Positions 9,320 through 20,278 of a stretch of DNA of 64,000 nucleotides are shown here, in pieces. Positions within the stretch are counted from its first letter, which is position 1; each line of letters opens with the position of its first letter. Both the position numbers and the translations under genes were made by a program. The notes under the pieces are model-generated. The model was not told the DNA's origin and did not search any database. It was given only the letters and a program-made list of their open reading frames with translations. Origin of the DNA: Anaerolineae bacterium (GTDB lineage: Bacteria; Chloroflexota; Anaerolineae; Epilineales; JAHCIE01); the NCBI GenBank assembly GCA_034431435.1, contig DAOUDG010000016.1, positions 70,574 to 134,573 on the forward strand. Reading direction: 5' to 3'.

Positions 9320-9686
9320 AGCAATGCGTAGCGAGCGCGTCAAGCGCCAGGCGACCGTGGTGAGCGCGCTCGCGGCGGATGTGGCCCGGTATCCTTGCCG
9401 CCCCTTGTCAGTGGGCGTATCATTGCCGTATCCAGCTAACTGCACCTCAGGGGCGCTTCACATGGCAGCGACTCTCGTCTCCCTCCTGCCCCTCATCATT
9501 GGCGCGGCCCTCGTGCCGCTGCTGATCATCGCGGCCATCCTGCTCCTGACGAGCGAGAAGCAGGGGCCGCTGAAAGCCGTCGCCTTCGTCGTCGGCATGA
9601 CCCTGGTTCGCCTCGCCCAGGGCCTGCTGTTCGGCTTCGTCTTCAACTCGATAGCTAGCAGAAACATAGGCGACAAGGAGGTCTCT

Positions 9687-11336
9687 ATGATCCGCCGCAG
9701 TCTCCCGCTGGCCCTGCTCACGGGCCTCATGCTGGCCCTGGCCGCCGCCCACGCGCCCGCCGCCAGCGCCGACTCCCCCATGTACCGCGCCTTCTGGGTC
9801 GATGCCTTCCACGATGGCATCAAGACCCCCGCCCAGGTCGACCGGCTCATCGCCGACCTGGACGCGGCCAACATGAACGCCATCGTCGTCCAGGTCGTGC
9901 GTCGCGGTGACTGCTACTGCAACCACGCCACCGCGCCCCGTACCCAGGACCCGCTGGTGACGCCCGGCTTCGACCCGCTGGCCTACCTGATCGAGAAGGC
10001 CCACGCGGCCAATCCCCCCATCGAGGTCCACGCCTGGATCATCGCCACCGCGATTTGGAACTCGGCGACCCCGCCCCTCGACCCCAGCCACGTCTTCAAC
10101 ACCCACGGCCCGACGGCAACGGGCCGCGACATGTGGCTGATGGTCCGCTCGGACGGCACGACGCGCCTGGGCAGCGACTGGTACGTCGACCCCGGCCACC
10201 CAGACGCCGCCGCCTACATCGCCAGCATCGCCACCAGCATCGTCCAGAACTACGACGTGGATGGCATCAACCTCGACCGCATCCGCTATCCCGACTCCAC
10301 TGTCGCCGGGCGGAGTTGGAGCTACAACCCGACCGCCGTCGCCCGCTTCAATGCCCGCTATGGCCGCACCGGGACACCCGACAACAGCGACCCCGACTGG
10401 CAGCAGTGGCGGCGTGACCAGGTGACGAGTCTCGTCCGCCGCATCTACCTGGCGACTACGGCCATCAAGCCGACGGTCAAGGTCAGCGCCGACACCATCA
10501 CTTACGGCTACGGCCCGACGACCTGGGCCGAGTGGCTCGCCAGCCGCACCTACAGTGAAGTCTATCAGGACTGGGTCGGCTGGATGGGCGAGGGCATTCT
10601 CGACCTCAACATCCCCATGAACTACAAGCGCGAGCACCTGGCCGCCAACTCACCCGCCGCCTGCGGCGGCAATCAGCAGCTCATGTTCGGCCAGTGGGAC
10701 GCCTGGGCCAGGGCGCAGCTGGGCGCGCGGCAGATGATTATGGGCAACGCGGCCTACCTCAACTACACCGAGAACACGGTGCGCCAGTTCCGCCAGTCCC
10801 TGACGCCCGATGCTGGCGGCCGCGCCGCCGTCGGTGTGGCCGCCTACTCCTACGGTGCGCCGGCCTTCAAGCCCGACCCGCCGACACGGGACTGCGGCGG
10901 CGTGACAGTGCCCCACGGCACGACCGTCGATAGCAACACCAACGTCGCCGAGGCCGACGCCTTCCGCGCCCAGCTGTCACAGCAGTTGACGACCGCTGAT
11001 CCCGACGGCCAGCCGCCGCTGTTCGCCGCGCCCGCCGCCATCCCCGCCATGCCCTGGAAGGAGACGCCCAGCCAGGGCCACCTGATGGGCTTCGTCAGCC
11101 GCCACGGCGAGGCGACCGAGAATCTCTTCGTTCAGATCATCAGCCTGCCCGGTAATCACATCGTCAGGACGGTCCAGACGGAGGCCAACGGCTTCTTCGG
11201 CGTCGTCGGCCTGACGCCAGGCGACTACCGCATCGTCACCTACGCCGACCCGTGGGATCCGCAAGCGTTTCCGCGCCGCCTGATCCGCCACGTCCACATC
11301 ATGGCGGGCCAGGTGGAGACGGTAACCTTCGAGTAG
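9687..11336 (+). CDS. Secreted glycoside-hydrolase-like GHL10 (DUF187, YngK-like) protein with C-terminal carboxypeptidase-regulatory-like beta-sandwich
   Basis: ATG 9687 preceded by a strong RBS AAGGAGG (9675-9681). Signal peptide MIRRSLPLALLTGLMLALAAAHAPAASA. FWVDAFHDG and NAIVVQV motifs match GHL10. C-terminal GDYRIVTYADPWD resembles CarboxypepD_reg. Confidence 0.6.
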   Translation: MIRRSLPLALLTGLMLALAAAHAPAASADSPMYRAFWVDAFHDGIKTPAQVDRLIADLDAANMNAIVVQVVRRGDCYCNHATAPRTQDPLVTPGFDPLAYLIEKAHAANPPIEVHAWIIATAIWNSATPPLDPSHVFNTHGPTATGRDMWLMVRSDGTTRLGSDWYVDPGHPDAAAYIASIATSIVQNYDVDGINLDRIRYPDSTVAGRSWSYNPTAVARFNARYGRTGTPDNSDPDWQQWRRDQVTSLVRRIYLATTAIKPTVKVSADTITYGYGPTTWAEWLASRTYSEVYQDWVGWMGEGILDLNIPMNYKREHLAANSPAACGGNQQLMFGQWDAWARAQLGARQMIMGNAAYLNYTENTVRQFRQSLTPDAGGRAAVGVAAYSYGAPAFKPDPPTRDCGGVTVPHGTTVDSNTNVAEADAFRAQLSQQLTTADPDGQPPLFAAPAAIPAMPWKETPSQGHLMGFVSRHGEATENLFVQIISLPGNHIVRTVQTEANGFFGVVGLTPGDYRIVTYADPWDPQAFPRRLIRHVHIMAGQVETVTFE

Positions 11337-11345
11337 CGTCTGAGA

Positions 11346-11369
11346 GCCGCGGCTGGGGCCAGCCGCGGC
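11346..11369 (+). terminator. GC-rich hairpin downstream of the GHL10 gene (GCCGCGGCTGG-gg-CCAGCCGCGGC)
   Basis: Perfect 11-bp inverted repeat 10 nt after the stop codon. No U-tract, so an intrinsic terminator is tentative. Confidence 0.3.
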
Positions 11370-11458
11370 GAGCGACTGCCTTCCCGCGCCCGCTATGTCG
11401 CCACGCCCCGTCGTTGACCCGTGCCCGGCGCGGTGCTATACTACGTTCGGGAGCCAGC

Positions 11459-12013
11459 ATGCGCGTGAGAGTGGGGCATGGCGTCATCGAGCTAGTCCAG
11501 GGTGACATCACCCGCGAGACCACCGACGCCATCGTGGACGCCGCCAACACCGCCCTCGTGCCTGGCGGCGGGGTCGATGGCGCGATAACCCGCGCCGCGG
11601 GGCCAATCGCCCTGGCCGCCCGCCAACAACTCGGTGGTTGCGCCACGGGCGACGCGAAGATTGGCCCTGGTGGCGACTTGCCTGCGCGCTACATTATCTA
11701 CGCGGTCGGGCCGGTCTATCGCGGCGGTGGAGGCGGCGAGGCCGCGTTGCTGGCGAGCGCGTATCGTCGCAGCCTCGAAGTCGCCGCCGCGCACGGACTG
11801 GGTAGTGTGGCCTTCCCGGCCATCAGTACCGGTATCTACGGCTACCCGATGGCCGAGGCGGCCGACGTCGCCCTGGCTGTCATTGCTGCGCACATGGGCC
11901 AGCACGCACAGCCCAGCCGGGTGCGCATCGTCCTCTTTGATAGTGACGCCTATGCCACCTGGTCCACTGCGCTCCGCAAACCCCAACAGGGTTGGACATG
12001 GCAGCCAGGGTAG
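11459..12013 (+). CDS. Macro-domain protein (O-acetyl-ADP-ribose deacetylase / ADP-ribose binding, YmdB-like)
   Basis: 184 aa. VQGDITRETTDAIVDAANTALVPGGGVDGAI and AFPAISTGIYGYP are canonical macro-domain motifs. Confidence 0.75.
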   Translation: MRVRVGHGVIELVQGDITRETTDAIVDAANTALVPGGGVDGAITRAAGPIALAARQQLGGCATGDAKIGPGGDLPARYIIYAVGPVYRGGGGGEAALLASAYRRSLEVAAAHGLGSVAFPAISTGIYGYPMAEAADVALAVIAAHMGQHAQPSRVRIVLFDSDAYATWSTALRKPQQGWTWQPG

Positions 12014-12072
12014 CCCAACCATCACGAGCGTTACGTGCATTCTGTCTAGCCTCTTAGCCCGAGGAGGGGTCC

Positions 12073-13755
<1,683 letters not shown>

Positions 13756-13760
13756 GGTCT

Positions 13761-14048
13761 ATGGCGACAGTGCGCGTGAAGATGGGCGAGCCGCTGTGGC
13801 GGGCCGTGGGCGAGCGCGAGGTGAGCGTTACCTGTCCCGATCCGGCGACCATCGCCGACGTGCTGGTGCGGCTGGCGAAGCATCCCGGCTTCCAGGCGGC
13901 CTACCAGGCCCACGCCAGCGGGCAGGGGCCAGAGTATGTCCTGTTCCTCAACGACGCAGCGTTGCCAGCCACGGCGGCGGCAGTCACGCCGTGCGCCGAT
14001 GGCGACACGCTGCGCATCCTGCTGCCCATCGCGGGCGGCTTCGACTGA
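13761..14048 (+). CDS. MoaD/ThiS-like beta-grasp (ubiquitin-like) small protein with a masked C-terminal GlyGly (ends ...IAGGFD)
   Basis: 95 aa, 5 nt after hutU. Length and hydrophobic pattern fit a sulfur-carrier fold. Diglycine is followed by two extra residues. Confidence 0.4.
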   Translation: MATVRVKMGEPLWRAVGEREVSVTCPDPATIADVLVRLAKHPGFQAAYQAHASGQGPEYVLFLNDAALPATAAAVTPCADGDTLRILLPIAGGFD

Positions 14049-14633
14049 ATGATTCTGCCACGCGATTTCTACGCCCGCCCGACGCTGGATGTAGCCCGCG
14101 ACCTGCTCGGTCGGCGGCTGGTGCGAATCATCGACGGCCTGCGGCTGAGTGGCCGCATCGTCGAGACCGAGGCCTATATTGGTGAGACCGACCAGGCCAG
14201 TCATGCCGCTCACGGTTGGCGCGAGCGGAACGCGGTTCTCTATGGGCCGCCGGGCCGGGCCTACGTGTACAGAATCTACGGCATCCACTACTCGCTGAAC
14301 ACGGTTGCCGAGAGGGACGGTTTCCCGGCCGGCGTGCTTATTCGCGGCCTCGCCCCCGAGGAGGGCATCGAGGTCATGCGCGAATGGCGCGCCGGGCGTC
14401 CCGACCGCGAGCTGACCAATGGCCCCGGCAAGCTGGCCCAGGCCCTGGGCATCGACCTGCGACTGAACGGGACGGACCTCACCCAGGCAGGCCCGCTGTT
14501 CATCGAGACCGGCCGGCCGGTGGCCGATGCCTGTGTGCGGCGCACCCCCCGCATCGGGGTGGTCGGCGATGAGACGGCGCGCACCGTCCCCTGGCGCTTT
14601 GTCGCCGATCTTTCCCTGGAGAAGCCTGCATGA
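14049..14633 (+). CDS. mpg: DNA-3-methyladenine glycosylase (Mpg/AAG family)
   Basis: ATG at 14049 overlaps the TGA of the previous gene (ATGA). Motifs GRIVETEAYIGETDQASHA and GPGKLAQALGI are typical of Mpg. Confidence 0.7.
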   Translation: MILPRDFYARPTLDVARDLLGRRLVRIIDGLRLSGRIVETEAYIGETDQASHAAHGWRERNAVLYGPPGRAYVYRIYGIHYSLNTVAERDGFPAGVLIRGLAPEEGIEVMREWRAGRPDRELTNGPGKLAQALGIDLRLNGTDLTQAGPLFIETGRPVADACVRRTPRIGVVGDETARTVPWRFVADLSLEKPA

Positions 14634-15262
14634 CCGCCGCGCACACTGCCCCCCAGCATGCCGACTTCCCTGGCCCGAACGGGCGCGGCCCCCGTCGCCC
14701 CAACATCGCCCTCGTGGGGTTCAGTACCACCGGCAAGTCCACTGTCGCCCGCCTGCTGGCCGACCGACTGGGCTGGAGTGCGGTGGACACCGATGCCCTG
14801 GTGGTCTGCCTGGCGGGTCGCCCTATCATCGACATCTTCCGCCGCGAGGGCGAGGCAGCCTTCCGCGCCCGCGAGACCGCGGCTCTGACCGGCGCCCTGG
14901 CGGGGCGCGGCAAGGTGGTCGCCACGGGCGGCGGCGTCGTCACCCAGGCGGTCAATGAGAACCTGTTGCGCGCCCGCTCTCTTATCATCTGCCTGACCGC
15001 CGAGCCGCTGACTATCCTGAAGCGGCTCGAGCGAGCGGCAGGGTCCGAACCGCGCCCCTTGCTGAAAGCGTCCGACCCCCTGGCGCGCATCCACGAGTTG
15101 CTGGCCGAGCGCCGCGCCGCCTATGCTCAGGCCGACCTGACCATCGCCACTGACGATCTCACACCCCAACAGGTGGCACAAGAGATTCTGGCCCGCCTGA
15201 CCGCCGCCGATCTGATGCCCGACCATGTTCTACCCCCCCAAGAGGCCATCGACGATGTTTGA
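14630..15262 (+). CDS. aroK: Shikimate kinase
   Basis: Walker A GFSTTGKST, and VATGGGVV shikimate-binding motif. Overlaps the mpg stop (ATGA). Confidence 0.75.
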   Translation: MTAAHTAPQHADFPGPNGRGPRRPNIALVGFSTTGKSTVARLLADRLGWSAVDTDALVVCLAGRPIIDIFRREGEAAFRARETAALTGALAGRGKVVATGGGVVTQAVNENLLRARSLIICLTAEPLTILKRLERAAGSEPRPLLKASDPLARIHELLAERRAAYAQADLTIATDDLTPQQVAQEILARLTAADLMPDHVLPPQEAIDDV

Positions 15263-18200
15263 GTTCCATATCTCCCGTCGCGCCCGCGACCGCTATCAGT
15301 TGGATGAGAGCCTCTTCTCCTTCGATGGGCGGGTCATACTGGGTAACCTACACGCCGCCCGCGAACTCGCCCACCGGCTCAATGACGAACGTGACCTGGT
15401 TACGTACCCCGAACAGGCGGTACGACCCGGCGACGTCAACGCGATGGGCCTCCTCGACGAGTTGCAGCATGTCCTCATCCGCCGCTACCAGGAGCAGGTC
15501 GGCCCCGATCTTATGGGGCGTGCGCTAGACGCATTAGCGACCCAGGTTGGGGCGGATAACGTCGAGCGCGTCCTGCGCGAGTTCGTCGATCAGTTCCCGC
15601 CGGTGGCCGTCTACCGAGGCGACCTCACGCCGGAGCAGTACCTGGCAGGCGAGACCCAGGGCCGCAGCCACCGCGAGCTGGCCGTCGAAGAGTTGATAGT
15701 ACTCAGTGTCGCCAACATGAATCCGGCCCTGGAACAATTTCGCGAACTCTTCGACGACAGCGCGCTACGCCGCAACCCAGCCTACTCCCAGGTGATCGTT
15801 GGCCTCGACCAGTTCTTCGACAGCCAGGCCACCGTCTTCACCGGCGGCCGACCCCTGACCCCCACCGCCAGCGCATCCCTCAGCGAACTGCGCGGATTCA
15901 ACCTGTTGGACCTGTTGCGCGCCCCGGCCCTCGCCTCCCCCTATCTCCTCGATGGCCAGCTCCAGTATTTTCAGGAGCGGTTCGGTGCGCTGCTGGGCGG
16001 CTTTCTGCTACGCCTCCTGACCGGTGTTGACTTGCTCAAGGAAGAGGGGCGCTACTTTCTCGCGCAGCAGGCAGGCCCCGGTGGCCCCGGCCCCATCGAG
16101 GCCCCCGACTTCAGCCTGCTGGCTGACGAGCCGGAACAATTCAGCCTCGACACCGAATGGATGCCGCGCCTGGTGCTGCTCGCCAAGAACTCCTATGTCT
16201 GGCTCGACCAGTTGTCCCGCGAGTACAATCGCTCCATCACCCGCCTCGACGAGATTCCCGACGAAGAATTGGAGCGCCTCGGCCGTTCCGGCTTCAGCGG
16301 CTTGTGGCTCATTGGCCTGTGGGAGCGCAGCCGCGCCTCCCAGACCATCAAGCAGCTCATGGGCAACACTGACGCCGTCGCTTCAGCCTACTCTCTGTTC
16401 GACTACGACATCGCCGAGGACCTGGGCGGCGAGGCGGCCTACCAGACACTCCGCGAGCGCGCCGCGCGCTACGGCGTGCGCCTCGCCAGCGACATGGTTC
16501 CCAATCACATGGGCATCGACTCGCCGTGGGTCGTGGCCCACCCCGACTGGTTCGTCCGCCGCGACGACGTGCCCTACCCCAGCTATACCTTCACTGGGCC
16601 AAACCTGTCCTGGCACGACGGCGTGGGCATCTATCTGGAAGACCATTACTTCGACAAGACTGACGCCGCCGTGGTCTTCAAGCGCATCGATCACGGCACG
16701 GGCCACACCATCTACATCTACCACGGCAACGACGGCACCACCATGCCGTGGAACGACACGGCCCAGCTCAACTATCTACACCCTGACGTACGCGAGGCCG
16801 TCATCCAGACCATCCTCAATGTCGCGCGGCGCTTCCCTGTCATCCGCTTCGACGCCGCCATGACACTCGCCAAGCGGCACTATCAACGCCTGTGGTTCCC
16901 GGAGCCAGGTACGGGCGGCTCCATCCCGTCGCGCTCCGAGTACGCTATGACCAAGGCCCAGTTCGACGAGGCGATGCCCGAAGAGTTCTGGCGCGAGGTC
17001 GTGGACCGCGTAGCCCGCGAAGCCCCCGACACCCTGCTGCTGGCCGAAGCGTTCTGGCTCATGGAGGGCTACTTCGTCCGCACCCTCGGTATGCACCGCG
17101 TGTACAACAGCGCGTTCATGAACATGCTGCGCGATGAGGATAACGCCAAGTATCGCTCTGTTATCAAGAACACCCTGGAGTTTGACCCTGAGGTTCTCAA
17201 GCGTTACGTCAACTTCATGAACAACCCCGACGAGCGCACCGCCGCCGAGCAGTTCGGCAAGGGCGACAAGTACTTCGGCATCGCCACCCTCATGTCCACC
17301 ATGCCCGGCCTGCCGATGTTCGGCCACGGCCAGGTCGAGGGCTACAGCGAGAAGTACGGCATGGAGTTCCGCCGCCCACTGTGGGACGAACGGCCTGAAG
17401 AGTGGCTTATCGCGCGCCACGAGCGCGAGATCTTCCCGCTGCTCCACCGCCGCGCCATCTTCGCCAATGTCGACAACTTCCTCCTCTACGACTTCTACAC
17501 CGCCGACGGCACGGTCGATGAGAACGTCTACGCCTACTCCAACCGCGTCGGCGACGATCGCGCCCTCGTCCTGTACCATAACGCCTATGGCGCCACGCGC
17601 GGCTGGATTCGGCTCTCGGCGGCCTACCTCGACCGTAGCTCACCCCCCGACAACCGCCGCCTGTTGCAGCGCACCCTGGCGGACGGTCTCGACCTGCAAG
17701 CGGGCGCGGATGCCTTCACCATCTTTCGCGACCAGTCCACCGGCCTGGAATACCTGCGTAACAATCAGGAGATGACCGACCGCGGCCTGTACATCGAGTT
17801 GGGCGCGTATCGCTACCACGTCTTCATGGACTTCCGCCAGGTGATGGACGATGAGCAGCGCCGCTATACGCGACTCGCCGACCGGCTGGAGGGGCGCGGC
17901 GTGCCCAGTATCGACGAGGCCCTCCAGGAGTTGCTGTACACGCCGGTGCGCCTGCCCTTCATGCAGGTCGTCAACGCGACGGACTTCCGCCGCCTGATTC
18001 GCGTCCTGGAGCCAACGCCGACGGGAGCCAGGCCCAACGCCGACCCCCACGAGACCCGCGATGAGGTGCTGGACGACATCGAGGCCAAGACCCGCGCCAC
18101 GCTGACCGCCGTCCGCGACTTCAGCCAGGGCCAGGGCGACCCCGCGAGCATCGCTGCCGACATTCGCCGCGAGTTGGAAGCTGTCGCTGACCTGCCCCAT

Positions 18201-18923
18201 CTGGCCCGGTCGTACCGCGCCCGCAAGGGATCCGACTTCCGGGCAGCGGCGGCCTACATCGAGGATGGGCTGGACGGCGATCCGGTGGTCTGGGGGGCGT
18301 TGCTGGCCTACGTCTTCACTCGTTCCCTGGGCAAGGTGGTGACTGCCGAGGGCTTCGAGCGCCAGAGTCGCTCATGGCTGGACGAGTGGCGACTGGGCAG
18401 CATCATCGCCCGCACCCTGCGTGACCTGGGTGCGACCGACGAGCAGGCGGCGCAGGCCGTGGCCGCCATCCACGTCTTCGTCGGTCAGCAGGCATCCTTC
18501 GAGCGCCAGGCGACACCCGAGCGCCAGGCCGCCCAGGTACTGGAGACGTGGCTCAAGGACCCCGAGGTGCAGAGTCTACTGCGCATCAACCGCTTCCAGG
18601 ATACACTCTGGTTCAACAGGGAGGCCTTCGAGCGGCTGCTGTGGGGGATGCTGATCCGCGCGGCGCTGCGCGCCACTGCCGACCCCAACCTGTCGCGCAA
18701 GGCGGTGGTCGACCTGATTGGCCGTCGCTACGACATCGTGCGCCGCCTGCAACAGGCCGTGGACCAGTCCGACTACAAGGTCAACCAGTTGCTGGCCGCC
18801 GCTCGCGGCGAAGAGCTTGTGGCGGACGCGCCCGCCAACAGCAAGGGAGCCGCGAACGCCGCCCCCGCCGACAAGGCGGACGGCAAGGGGAAGGTTGTCG
18901 ACGCCGAGGAGCCATCCCCTTGA
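15255..18923 (+). CDS. Large (1222-aa) alpha-amylase-family (GH13 catalytic domain) protein with long N- and C-terminal extensions
   Basis: Central region has GH13 signatures (SGFSGLWLIGLW, VRLASDMVPNHMGIDSPW, FRFDAAM). Start ATG 15255 overlaps the aroK stop (ATGTTTGA). The track ORF begins 30 nt earlier. Confidence 0.6.
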   Translation: MFEFHISRRARDRYQLDESLFSFDGRVILGNLHAARELAHRLNDERDLVTYPEQAVRPGDVNAMGLLDELQHVLIRRYQEQVGPDLMGRALDALATQVGADNVERVLREFVDQFPPVAVYRGDLTPEQYLAGETQGRSHRELAVEELIVLSVANMNPALEQFRELFDDSALRRNPAYSQVIVGLDQFFDSQATVFTGGRPLTPTASASLSELRGFNLLDLLRAPALASPYLLDGQLQYFQERFGALLGGFLLRLLTGVDLLKEEGRYFLAQQAGPGGPGPIEAPDFSLLADEPEQFSLDTEWMPRLVLLAKNSYVWLDQLSREYNRSITRLDEIPDEELERLGRSGFSGLWLIGLWERSRASQTIKQLMGNTDAVASAYSLFDYDIAEDLGGEAAYQTLRERAARYGVRLASDMVPNHMGIDSPWVVAHPDWFVRRDDVPYPSYTFTGPNLSWHDGVGIYLEDHYFDKTDAAVVFKRIDHGTGHTIYIYHGNDGTTMPWNDTAQLNYLHPDVREAVIQTILNVARRFPVIRFDAAMTLAKRHYQRLWFPEPGTGGSIPSRSEYAMTKAQFDEAMPEEFWREVVDRVAREAPDTLLLAEAFWLMEGYFVRTLGMHRVYNSAFMNMLRDEDNAKYRSVIKNTLEFDPEVLKRYVNFMNNPDERTAAEQFGKGDKYFGIATLMSTMPGLPMFGHGQVEGYSEKYGMEFRRPLWDERPEEWLIARHEREIFPLLHRRAIFANVDNFLLYDFYTADGTVDENVYAYSNRVGDDRALVLYHNAYGATRGWIRLSAAYLDRSSPPDNRRLLQRTLADGLDLQAGADAFTIFRDQSTGLEYLRNNQEMTDRGLYIELGAYRYHVFMDFRQVMDDEQRRYTRLADRLEGRGVPSIDEALQELLYTPVRLPFMQVVNATDFRRLIRVLEPTPTGARPNADPHETRDEVLDDIEAKTRATLTAVRDFSQGQGDPASIAADIRRELEAVADLPHLARSYRARKGSDFRAAAAYIEDGLDGDPVVWGALLAYVFTRSLGKVVTAEGFERQSRSWLDEWRLGSIIARTLRDLGATDEQAAQAVAAIHVFVGQQASFERQATPERQAAQVLETWLKDPEVQSLLRINRFQDTLWFNREAFERLLWGMLIRAALRATADPNLSRKAVVDLIGRRYDIVRRLQQAVDQSDYKVNQLLAAARGEELVADAPANSKGAANAAPADKADGKGKVVDAEEPSP

Positions 18924-20248
18924 CCGTCGCCGATCATCGCCTCGTGGCGCGCACGCTGGCCCATGCCGCCCTGGCCGCCGTCGACCCGGCCGCCGCCGTC
19001 CACGCCCACGTGCGCCGCGACGGCGACCGGCTGATCGTCGACGATCGCGAGTACGACCTGCGCCGTTATCGCCGCGTCTTCGTCGTCGGCGCGGGCAAGG
19101 CCAGCGCGCCGATGGCCGCCGCTCTGGCCGACATCCTCGGCGAACGACTGACGGGTGGCTGGATCAACGTCAAGCACGGTTTCGGCCTGCCCGTGCCAGG
19201 CGTCACCATCCACGAGGCCGGCCACCCTGTCCCCGACCAGGCGGGCGTGGACGGCACGCAGGCGATAGTGGAACTGATCCGATCGGCCGACGAGGACGAC
19301 CTGGTACTGTGCGCGCTATCGGGCGGCAGCTCGGCGCTGATGATGCGGCCCGCCGACGGCCTGACCCTGGCCGACTTCCAGGCCCTGACGGCTACCATGC
19401 TGCGTAGCGGCGCGACCATCAACGAGCTAAACGCGCTACGCAAGCACCTCGATCTGGTCAAGGGTGGTGGCCTGGCTCGGCTGGCCGCCCCCGCCACCCT
19501 GGTCGCCCTGATCCTGAGCGACGTGGTCGGCAATCCGCTCGACGTCATCGCCTCGGGGCCTACCGTAGCCGATACCACGACCTACGCCGCCGTGGCCCGC
19601 ATCTTGCAGCGCTATGACTTGTGGGACCAGTTGCCTACGCCCGTCGTCGCTCGCGTGCGCGCCGGCGTGGCGGGCGAGATCCCCGACACCCCCACAGCGG
19701 GCGACCCCATCTTCGACCGCGTGCAGAACGTCGTTGTCGGCAGCAACGGCCAGGCGGCCGAGGCTGCCCTGGCCCAGGCGCGCGAGTTAGGCTTCCACAC
19801 CCTGCTATTGACGACCTACGTCGAAGGCGAAGCCCGCGAAGTCGCCAAAGTCCTGGCCGCCATCGCCCGCGAGTTGGTCCACGAGGGACGCCCCCTACCC
19901 CGCCCCGCCTGCATCGTCCTCGGCGGCGAGACGACGGTCACGCTGCGCGGGCACGGCCGTGGCGGCCGCAATCAGGAGATGAGCCTGGCCGCCGCGCCGG
20001 CTCTGGCGGGGCTGGACGGCGCGCTGCTACTGACGCTGGCGACGGATGGCAACGATGGCCCGACCGATGCCGCCGGCGCCTTCGCCGACGGGACGACCGT
20101 CGCCCGCGCGGCGGCCCTCGGCCTCGACCCGGCGGCGTACCTGGCGAACAATGACGCCTACGCCTTCTTCGAGGCCCTGGGCGATCTGCTGATCACCGGC
20201 CCGACCCGCACCAATGTAAACGACCTGGCGTTCGTGCTCGTTTTCTAG
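18920..20248 (+). CDS. Glycerate kinase, MOFRL (GckA/TtuD) family
   Basis: VVGAGKASAPMA, LSGGSSALM and GGETTVTL motifs. Probable TTG start at 18920 overlaps the TGA of the upstream gene (cTTGAcc). The first in-frame ATG lies far downstream. Confidence 0.6.
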   Translation: MTVADHRLVARTLAHAALAAVDPAAAVHAHVRRDGDRLIVDDREYDLRRYRRVFVVGAGKASAPMAAALADILGERLTGGWINVKHGFGLPVPGVTIHEAGHPVPDQAGVDGTQAIVELIRSADEDDLVLCALSGGSSALMMRPADGLTLADFQALTATMLRSGATINELNALRKHLDLVKGGGLARLAAPATLVALILSDVVGNPLDVIASGPTVADTTTYAAVARILQRYDLWDQLPTPVVARVRAGVAGEIPDTPTAGDPIFDRVQNVVVGSNGQAAEAALAQARELGFHTLLLTTYVEGEAREVAKVLAAIARELVHEGRPLPRPACIVLGGETTVTLRGHGRGGRNQEMSLAAAPALAGLDGALLLTLATDGNDGPTDAAGAFADGTTVARAAALGLDPAAYLANNDAYAFFEALGDLLITGPTRTNVNDLAFVLVF

Positions 20249-20278
20249 CATCCAGCGCCCGCGCATAGAGGAACAGAC

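Noticed and set aside
9447-10637. 396-aa minus-strand ORF antisense to the GHL10 hydrolase
   Set aside because: GC-artefact composition (runs of G, V, D, A). The plus strand has RBS, signal peptide and family motifs.
9324-11336. 670-aa version of the GHL10 gene starting at 9324
   Set aside because: The first 45 codons are Arg-rich with no RBS. A strong RBS plus canonical signal peptide at 9687 is preferred. The in-frame hydrophobic stretch from 9459 is kept as a finding.
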